Below, piece after piece: positions 54,345 to 64,000 of a DNA stretch of 64,000 nt (positions are counted from its first letter, which is position 1; each line of letters begins with the position of its first letter). The position numbers and the translations under genes are program-made. The notes below the pieces were generated by a model. It saw only the letters and a program-made list of their open reading frames with translations. It was not told the origin of the DNA and did no database searches. The DNA is from Octopus vulgaris (lineage: Eukaryota), in the NCBI GenBank assembly GCA_951406725.2, contig OX597816.1:173290001-173354000 (forward strand), written 5' to 3'.

Positions 54345-55044
54345 ATAGGAGAAGGAAAGATCCAGAGAAGGGAAGATAGAGGAAAAAAAATCGCCAACGA
54401 TACACATGCGGTCACATGTGTTTTTGTATTTATAAATACACACACATATATAATGTGCATGTGTGTGTGCATATTTATATATATATACACACATACACAC
54501 ATGTATATACATGTGTATTTATATGTGTGTGTATACACACATGCACATCACCCTCATCATTTAAATGTTGTTCCATGCTGGCATGGTTTGGATGCTTTGA
54601 AATGATCTGATGAGTTTGAGGACTGGATCAAGAGAGAAAGTAAAGACCATTCTGTAAAGTGGATGGTGTATGAAAGGGCATCTGGCCATAGAAACTATGC
54701 CAAAAGAAACATTGGAGCTCAACACAACTCTGAATCATCAGATCTTGTCAAAGTGTCCACCCCATACCAGCATAAAGGACAGACTTTTAAGTTCAGTGTA
54801 TAAACTAAATAATATACTGTTGAACACTCATGATCTGAATTTGGGTTTGACTTGATGGATCCTTTGGATTACAGATGGGGATTTTTAGGGAAGATTCAGA
54901 GTATAGGTTTTAGGATCTGAGAGAGGAGCCAGGAAATCTTGTACATGACTCCTTCTAAGCTAAAGGTAGGGGATCTTGTTTTAAGTTTAGCTCCAGGAAT
55001 AGAGTGGCTGGTAGAATGTGAACAAGGTCATAGCTGCTACAATT

Positions 55045-57076
55045 CATCATCATCATCATCGTTTAATGTCTACTTTCCATGCTGGCATGGGTTGGACAAT
55101 TTGACTGAGGACTGACAAGCCAGAAGGCTTCACCAGGCTTCAATCTGATCTGGCAAGGTTTCTACAGCTGGATGCCTTTCCTGATGTCAACCACTCCAAG
55201 AGTATAGTGGGTGGTTTTTACATGCTACCAGCACAGGAGCCAGTCAGATGGCACTGGCATCGACCATGCTCATATAGTGCTTTTTATGTGCCACCAGCAC
55301 AGGAACCAGTCTGGCGGCACTGGCATCGACCATACTTAAATGGTGCTTTATACATACCACCAGCATGGGTGCCAGTCAGGTAGTACTGGCATTGGTCACT
55401 GCAATGACTTCACTCGACTCAATAGGTTTCCTCAAGTACAGTTCATTGCACAATGATTGAAGGGTACTCTTAAATGGGCCAGTTATACTACATTGGCATA
55501 GGCCATGGTTATAGTCTCACTTGGCTTGCTGGGTTTTCTCAATCACAGTATTTCTCCAAAAATCTCAGTCACTCGTCATTGCCTCCATGAGGCCCAACGT
55601 TCGAAGGTCGTGCTTCACCACCTCATCCCAGGTCTTCCTGGGTCTACTTCTTCCACAGGTTCCCGCTACTGCTAGAGTGTGACATTTTTTCACACAGCTG
55701 TCCTCATCCATACACAACACATGACCATACCAGTGCAGTCGTCTCTCTTGCACACCACATCTGATGCTTCCTATGTCCAACTTTTCTCTTAGACATTACA
55801 CATCCAGCAAATCATACTAGCTTCATTTCTTGCAAGCTTATGCATGTCCTCAGCAGTCACAGCCCCTGTTTCACTTCCATGTAGCATGGCTGTTCACACA
55901 CATGCATCATACAGTCTATCTTTCACTCTGAGTGAGAGGCCTTTTGTTACCAGCAGGAATAGGTGCTTTTTGAACTTTGATGACTATTATGCTGCTTCCA
56001 CCGTTCTTCCAGTCCTTCCAAGCCTGTCTCTTTTCTCTAATAGCTCTGTCTACAACATTGTTCCACCACCACGTTATTTTGGGTCGAGAGGGGTCTTTGC
56101 ACTATCCACAGATCTGCTCAGTGGCTCTCAGCAGGTTGTCCAGTAGAAACCTCCAGTTGTCTTCTACACTATGTGAAGCTATATCCTCTTCTATTTCGTC
56201 AAAGGCTTTGAGTAATATGTCCCTAAATCTCGGTCCATTCGCAAGATCTTTAAGCTTCCAGACCCTTCTTTTCCATGTTGGTTGTCTTCTGGGCGTCCAC
56301 TTAGTCCTGATCCTAAAGTCACTAACTATCGGTCTATGTTGTGGGATACATTCTTCACCTGGGTAGGTTTTGGCATTTATAAGCAGCCATATATCCCTTT
56401 TTCTGGCAAAGATGTAGTCAATTTGGCTAGTGTGTTGGCCCGATCGGTAGGTGACTAGGTGACTGGTAGGTTTCCTGAAGTTAGTACTGCAAACCATAAG
56501 ATCATTTGCATTGCAAAACTCCAGCAGCCTGGTTCCCTCCTCGTTGCGGGAACCATAGCCGTAGCCTCCATGTACGCCATGGAAGCCCCCTGTATGTTGT
56601 CCAACGTGTCCATTGAAGTCACCAGTCACAAAGAGAAGGTCCCTGTCATTTGTCAATGAGGTAGTCCGCAAGAGGGTGTCATAGAATCGGTCTTTCTGTC
56701 CATCAGGTAGATCTGGCTGAGGGGCATAGGCTGAGATAATGGTTGCTAACCCATGATGAAGCACTAATCTAATCTTAAGTATTCTGTCGCATACTCTGAC
56801 TACCACAGTTACCTTATCCACCCATTTTTCAGTGAGAAGTATACCAACACCCCCGACCCCGTCAGTGTTCCCTGCCCAGAAAATCTTGTACCTGCATTCT
56901 TTGCCTGTGAGGAACCTAGCAGAACCTCCTCTCCACCTTACTTCTTGGATGCAGCATATATTGACACATCTCTGTTCAAACATCTCAACAATCTCACTAG
57001 ACCTACCTTTCAGTGTGCCAGTGTGGGAGGTATGGGCCTGTGAGACCCTGGGACGGGGGACAGTGGTTTCATGTAC
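55045..57076 (-). mobile_element. RTE-clade LINE, internally deleted (APE endonuclease, C-terminus and 3' UTR; RT lost)
   Basis: ORF 56102-57115 has APE motifs QEVRW, GVGILL, ISAYAPQ, GDFNGHVG, SQIDYI and QHR. C-terminus RRLHWYGHV...GRSRPRKTW. 3' UTR repeats and (GAT)n tail. Confidence 0.9.
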
Positions 57077-57339
57077 CTGAAAAGAAAACTTGCATTTGGC
57101 AGAATTCATAGACAAACAATACAGTAGCCTTCAGTTCAACCTGCACACACTACCCTTTTATATTTCGCACTATATGATCATTACCTAACATAGGAGATAG
57201 CCCTAGACTAGGGGTGGGGAAAGCATACAGCCTTTTGTAGAGTTCATGGGAGGCACCCCAGGGTTGACAAAGGATAGGAATAATAGGAACAATAGGAACT
57301 TCCGGTATAGGTGGAGGGGTGAGATGGCGGGGGCACCTA

Positions 57340-58116
57340 GAACTAGGAAGAGGTCTGCTGAGCATAGTTTAAATGAGACAGCAAATGATAATAGTAAAAT
57401 AGACTTGAGAAAAAAATCTGAGTGTTCTCCGTCAGACATTCTAAGACAGAATTTAGGGGATAAATAAGTAACTGTGTGATAACTTTAATAGTTGAATGAG
57501 TCAATGAACATGTAAGGTTATCTTAAGGGAACAGCAAGGAAGATGAGCCTATTTGAAAACTATTTTTACATGATGGCATGTTACTAGACAGAATAATGAA
57601 CAGAGCTAATAGCAGAGGGGTTTATGATCTATGCTGAAATAGTAAGGTGAATGAAACGAGGTTGAAAAGATGGAAAAATTCTTAACTGGACATCAAGGAT
57701 CTGTTATTCTTCGGCAGGAGGTTGTAAGTGAATGGGAGTTCGTTTTCGGTGGCTAGTTTATATAGGGCGAAGCAAGTGGTAATCGAAAGAGAGGGCAAAG
57801 CAAGTGGTAATCAAAAGAGGGATACATAGTGAAACACGGAGAGAGAGAGAGGGAGAGAGAGAGAGAGAGAGAGAGAGTGAGAAAGAGAGAAGGGGAGAGG
57901 TGGTTTAGAACATGTGGGAGGAAATATTTCTTCGAACTAGGAAGGGGTCTGCTGAGCATAGTTTAAATGAGACAGCAAATGTTGATAATAGTAAAATAGA
58001 CTTGAGAAAAAAATCAGAGTTTTCCGTCAGACATTCTAAGACAGAATTTAGGGGATAAATAAGTAACTGTGAGATAACTTTAATAGCTGAATGAGTCAAT
58101 GAACATGTAAGGTTAT
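57340..58116. repeat. ~182-bp direct repeat pair
   Basis: 57340-57521 and 57934-58116 differ by only a few substitutions and indels. Confidence 0.9.
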
Positions 58117-58212
58117 ATATATATAATCAAAATAAGCAACAAGAATATCTTCGGTAATTTGGTACGATCGTTTCATATATATATCATAAGTATTTCATTT
58201 ATGTCTTACGTA

Positions 58213-58275
58213 TTTATCGCTGAGGAGGAGAAAATTCTTATGAATTAACTCTGAAATTGGGACCAATACAGTAAA
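58213..58275 (+). ncRNA. Type I hammerhead-ribozyme-like motif
   Basis: tttatcg-CTGAGGA-ggag[aa aattc ttat gaatt aa]ctct-GAAA-ttgg[ga]ccaa-TA-cagtaaa. Complete core and all three stems formable. Confidence 0.6.
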
Positions 58276-58498
58276 AACAGATATTTTTAGAAATTTCTAT
58301 TAGCTTGTTTCGAGATGCATAAATTATAATGGTTAATGACAATTTGTCTATTTTCGGTATATTTGGCATTAGAATTTTTCTTTTGCTCTTATTTTATAAG
58401 TTATTTATAAATTTAACTTTAAGGGTATTTTTTAATATGGTGGCCATTGATAAAAATTTTTTTTTTCGAAAAAATTTTATCCTACATTAGATATATAT

Positions 58499-58562
<64 letters not shown>

Positions 58563-59225
58563 TATCTGTACATATCATATATATAGATATATCTGTACAT
58601 TTAAAATTGACATGGGTGATTCTTTCTTATCTTGGGATTTATGGCCAATTAGCTGGGTAGAATTGCGTGAATAATCACACACATGTGTAGAATGACCCAG
58701 TGGTGATGCTGGGCTTTATATTTTTTTTACATTTCCCATAGTTACCAAGATAATCTACTATAATAATACTCTTGTGTTTATGAATGAGAAAGGAAGGGGT
58801 GATGTCATACTTGGTAGTGTATGCTGAAAAAAATAAATCAAACAGCATTTCAACTTTGTGTGAATATATGTGTATATGTAAAAGGAGGGTATGTGAATGT
58901 GTGTGTATGGGTGTGCATGTGCATGTGCGTGCACAATGAAAGTGGGATGGTTCATCTTTGTTCGTTTAGTATTTGGATTTATATTTTGATTTGGTTGAAT
59001 CTTGGTTGTTTTATTTTTGTTGGTCAGCTACTTTTAGCATTTTGACAGAAAAAAGTAATTCTAAAATTGGTTTTTAACATAAGCATGCCCAAACAAGTCG
59101 AATGCTTTCACAGAGCAGGTCTTACAACCACATCATCCAAACTGAACAGGTGAAACCGGGCTTAGCTGCTAGCATAAAAATATATATATCATACATACAT
59201 ATATATATATATATATCATATATAC

Positions 59226-59265
<40 letters not shown>

Positions 59266-59281
59266 TATATATTTATATATT

Positions 59282-61092
59282 CATCATCATCGATTAATGT
59301 CCATTGGACAGTTTGACTGAGGTATGGAGAGCCAGTGGCTGCACCAGGCTTCAATCTAATCTAGCAAAGTATCTACATTTGAATGCTCTTCCTAACGCCA
59401 ACCACTCCGAGAGTGTAGTGGGTGCTCTTTATGTGTCACCGGGTGCTCTTTATGTGTCACCGGCACAAAAGCCAGTTAGGTGGGCCTGGCAATGATCACA
59501 TTCAGATGGGGATTTTTACATACCACTGGCACAGGGAGCCAATCATTGGGTGCTGGCATCAGTCACGATTGGTTGGCACTTTTTACATGCCACCGGCACA
59601 GGAACCAGTCAGGCAGACCTGGTATCAACCATTTTCAGATGGTGCTTTTTACATGCCACTGGCACAGGAGCCAGTCTTGGGGTACTGGTATCGATCACGT
59701 TCAGTTGGTGCCTTTTACATGTGACTTGCATGGGAACTAGTCAGGGGGCACTGGCCCCAGCTACGCTATTGGTTTTACTTGACTCAACAAGTCTTCTCAA
59801 GCATATCATATCACTCAACGCATCAGCGGTATTCTTAACACAGCCAGACATGCGTGGTTGCAATCTCACTTTAGTTGCCAGGTCTTCTCAATCACAGCAT
59901 AGCTCCAAATGTTCTAGTCCCCTGTCATTGCCTCTGTGAGGCCCAGTGTTCAAAGGTCATGCTTCATCAACTCATCCCATGTCTTCTTGGGTCTACCTCT
60001 TCCACAGGTTCTTTTTACAGTTAGGGAGTGGCACTTCCTCACACAGCCCTTTTCATTCATACATAACACATGACCATACCAGTGCAGTCACCTCTATTGC
60101 ACAACACGTTTGATGCTTCTTATGCCCAACTTTTCTTTCAAGGTGCTTACACTTTGTCCTGTATGCACACTGACAACATACATCCAGCAGACCATACTAG
60201 CTTCATTTCTTTCATGCATACGCATATCCTCAGCATTCACAGCCCATGTTTCACTGCTGTGTAGCATGGCAGTTGACACACATGCATCATACAGTCTACC
60301 TTCCACCCTGAGCAAGAGGCCCTTAGTTGCCAGCAGAGGTAGGAGCTCCCTGATCTTTGCCCAGGCTATTCTTACTCTAGTCGCTACACTCTCAGAGTAA
60401 ACACCCCCACTACCAACTTAGTTACCTAGGTCGCAGAAGCTATTAACTACTTCTAGTTTATCCCCCTGGCATGGGATGGAATCTGTTTTCTGCACATCTT
60501 CAGTGTTTATTGCCCCAAGTGCATCTGCCACACACAAAAACCATTTTCCCGGCTAACCTTCCTTTGATATTGCTGCACCTTTTATGTGTCCCTAGCTTAC
60601 ACCGGGTACATTGTTTGGAGTTTCTACCCATGCCTTTTCTACAAATCGAGCAGGGCCATCTACCTAAAGGGGGTTGTGATTTGACAGCCTTCCTACTTAC
60701 TAAGACTTTGGTTTTGGCTAGGTTAACCCTAAGTTCCTTCGATTCTAGACCATGCTTCCACACCCTAAATTTCGTCTCCAGTTCTGGCAGTGACTCAGCT
60801 ATTAAAGCAAGATCATCAGCATAGAGGAGCTCTCAGGGGCATCCTGTCTTGAATTCCTCTGTTATTGCCTGGAGGACTATGATAAATAGGAGGGAGCTGA
60901 GAACTGATCCTTGGTGAACTCCTACTTCTACTCGGAATTCTTCACCTTACTGACAGCATCCCTATACAGCGCTCATACAGCTCTTACCAGCCACTCATCT
61001 ATCCCCACTTTCAGCATTGACCATCAGATAAGGGATTGGGGAACCCTGTCAAAGGCCTTCTCCAAGTCAACAAAAGCGAAGTACAAAGGTTT
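59282..61092 (-). mobile_element. RTE-clade LINE, 5'-truncated degenerate copy
   Basis: RT motifs [24 protein letters not shown] and LLYADDL, a Cys-rich insert, the C-terminus, the repeat array and the tail. Confidence 0.9.
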
Positions 61093-61121
61093 ATATATTA
61101 TATATATATATATATATGTAT

Positions 61122-61183
<62 letters not shown>

Positions 61184-61200
61184 CATACATATATATATAT

Positions 61201-61238
<38 letters not shown>

Positions 61239-61345
61239 TATATAATCGAAAATAAGGGTGAAAAAATTGGATATTAATTTAATATTACCATCAATTTAAC
61301 ACCAAGTGGTTTAGCGCATAAAAACCAGGGATACAGTAAAAATTA

Positions 61346-61467
61346 ATACACAATATAAGAGAGTGTCCACTATGTGGTCGACTCTTGTGCTAAAAATAGA
61401 GACCATAGCGGATCTATTTTTTAGTGCAAGAATCGACCACATAGTGACACTCTCTTATATTGTGTAT
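61346..61467. repeat. Foldback in a (TA)n-flanked element (61245-61467) related to 8149-8575
   Basis: ~55-bp arms and a 12-nt loop. Shares tataagagagtgt.cactat and the aataagggtga.../caccaagtgg end with the 8.5-kb element. Confidence 0.85.
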
Positions 61468-61478
61468 GTATATATATG

Positions 61479-61543
<65 letters not shown>

Positions 61544-62368
61544 TATAGGAAGGGCGTCCAGCCGTAGAAACATTGCCAGATCAGACTGGGCCTTGTGCAG
61601 CCTTCTGGCTTCCCAGACCCCAGTTGCACCGTCCAACCCATGCCAGCAGGGAAAGCAGATGCTAAACGATGATGATGATGATGATGATATATGATATATA
61701 ATTCATATATATATACATATCATATGTATAGATATATGTGAGTGTGTGTGTGTTTAATATGTATATATATATATATATATATGTATATAATATGCACTGG
61801 TATGGGCATATGATGTGTATGGACAAGGACAGCTGTGTAAAGAAGTGCTGACCTGTAACTGTGGAGGGAACCTTTGGTAGAGGTACACCCAGGAAAACAT
61901 GGGACGAGGTGCATCAGACTGGAGTCTGGTGCAGTCTGCCAGCATGCCAGCCCAGTCAAACCAATGTTAAATGATGGTGATAATGATGATATATACAAGA
62001 TGGCACTGTGTTGGTAAAACATGTAAGCTTTAGCTCCAGAAAAGTATTGCAGAACCTCACAGAAATTGATTTGAATAGAAGTAAAGTGGTCCCTAATGGA
62101 AATATAGCTGAAAAGTACGAGCAGTACACCATACTTTTAAAGAATATTTATAAAGAATATAAACTCTTTATAAAGACGTATATTTGCCATTTAAATATGG
62201 CTAACCCGTAAGGGTGGATGCTACTGTAGTTTGTAGCTACTGTTTATAACTCGCTCTGAGATTTATCATTGTTTGATTTCACTTTTTCGATATCAGTGTC
62301 TTTACGATACTGGAAAAAGTATATGTATTTGTGAAGGGAACCTACTTTTCATTGACAATTGTGATTGT

Positions 62369-62413
62369 CATACGCCGATGACGAGTCAATACCTAGAAAC
62401 TCGAGTCTGTGTG
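62369..62413 (+). ncRNA. Degenerate hammerhead-like motif inside an inverted-repeat element (62178-62569)
   Basis: catacg-CCGATGA-N14-GAAA-ctcgag-TC-tgtgtg. Palindromic stem III, GUC site and 6-bp stem I; stem II pairs poorly. Confidence 0.4.
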
Positions 62414-63109
62414 TATCATAAGTTGGAGATGGGAAGGGTGGCTTCCCTTTGCAAATACTGATAGGGCACAGAAAGTGTGTCTATAGCCAGCTGGAGGTGT
62501 CCTCCTGGGGCTACAAACTACAGTAGCATCCACCCTTAAGGGTTAGCCATATTTAAATGGTAAATATACATCACAATGTGTTGCAGTTCCTGTTTATAAC
62601 TCGCTCTAAAGATTTATTATTTCTTTATAAAGAGGTTTATATAAATAACATTTCTAAATAAGTACCAATTAGAAAATATAAATATCATGTAAGGTATAAT
62701 AATAACAATTTCTTAAACCTATAATAAAACCCTTAATTAAGATTAGTTGCTAATAAAACTTTTGTTCCATAACTTAATTATTTCTTTAGCTGACATTAAA
62801 CATCAGTCTTTATAGATATTACCGTGACAAGTAAATATAAATTTTAGTCTGACATTTTGAATTTTTCTAAAAATATCTTACCTATTGATGTTAATAAGCT
62901 AAAGATAACTTACCATAGTTTTGGTATATAAACCATTTTACCCCTTCTCTATAATGTTCTACAAATGATTATTTATTTTATTTTATTTTCAACTAGCTCT
63001 TATTTATTTATTTACAAAATTACTCTTAGTCTTATATCTCTATAAATTTCATACTCAGCTTATATAAAACTATGCTGGTATATTCACTATTTAAAATAAA
63101 GGAAATATG

Positions 63110-63915
63110 CTTAGGGAACCTGTGGAAGATGTAGACCCAGGAAGACCTGGGATGAAGTGGTAAAGCACAACCTTCGAACTTTAGGCCTCACCAAGGAAAT
63201 GACTAGTGACTGAGACTTTTGGAAATATGCTGTGCTTAAGAAGACCCCACAAGCCAAATGAGACCATAACCTCATGGCCTATGCCAGGGGCATAACCAGC
63301 CCACTTATGCATACCTTTCCTTCTTTGGACACTAAACTCTGCTTGCTAAGACCTGTTGAGGCAAGTGAAATCAAAATCAAAATCAAATTCGATGACTGGC
63401 ATCTGTGCTAGCGGGGTGCAAAGAGCACCATATGAGTGTGATCGTTGACAGAGTGGCTAACTGGCTTCCGAGCCATTGGCACATAAAAGGCACCATTCGA
63501 GTGTGATCATTACCAGCGTCACCTTATTGGCACTTGTGCCCCATGCTAGTAGGGTGCTAAGAGCACCATCCGAGCGTGATCGTTGCCAGAGCAGCTAACT
63601 GGCTTCCGTGCCAGTGGCACGTAAAAGGCACCATTCAAGCGTGATCGTTACCAGCTTCGACTTACTGGCACCTGTGCCGGTGGCATGTGTAAAAAGATTC
63701 GAGCAAGGTTGTTGCCAGTACTACCTGACTGGCCCCGTGCCGGTGACACGTAAAAGTAAAAGAACCCACTACACTCTCGGAATGGTTGGTATTAGGAAGC
63801 TGTAGAAACTCTGCCAGATCAAGATTGGAGCCTGGTGCAGTCATCTGGTTCGCCAGCCCTCAGTCAAATCATCCAACCCATGCTAGCATGGAAAGCGGAT
63901 GTTAAACAATGATGA
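63110..63915 (+). mobile_element. RTE LINE 3' end with an alternating-unit array
   Basis: GTCGRCRPRKTWDEVVKH ORF end, array at 63400-63765 and the shared tail. Confidence 0.85.
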
Positions 63916-64000
63916 TCATGGTGCTTAGACTAGAATTGTTAATATTTAATATATAATTTTTAACATATTCTTTTACCTTAATTTTCCTTTATTAATACCA

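Overview
AT-rich, repeat-dense eukaryotic DNA. The SINE and RTE-LINE repertoire and the (TA)n/(CA)n/(GAT)n load look like an octopus or other coleoid cephalopod genome; this is inferred from the repeat sequences. One multi-exon minus-strand gene crosses most of the window. Its phase-consistent exons are 50143-50342, 28979-29106, 26062-26146, 21083-21376, 6653-7625, 3647-5902 and 900-970, and possibly 482-563, with a possible non-coding first exon ending at 53270. It encodes an unrecognised, low-complexity protein of >1300 aa with a ~21-aa repeat region and uses a probable GC-AG intron. The introns hold three tRNA-derived SINE families, many RTE-type LINE fragments, and Tc1, mariner and pogo relics. 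They also hold piggyBac-like and hAT-like MITEs and a non-autonomous Helitron. The most unusual signals are (i) several (TA)n-associated foldback elements, some carrying minimal type I hammerhead-ribozyme motifs, probably non-autonomous Penelope-like derivatives; (ii) 3'-UTR tandem arrays in the RTE LINEs whose units keep two fixed stems around variable loops; and (iii) a SINE with a 94-bp target-site duplication.
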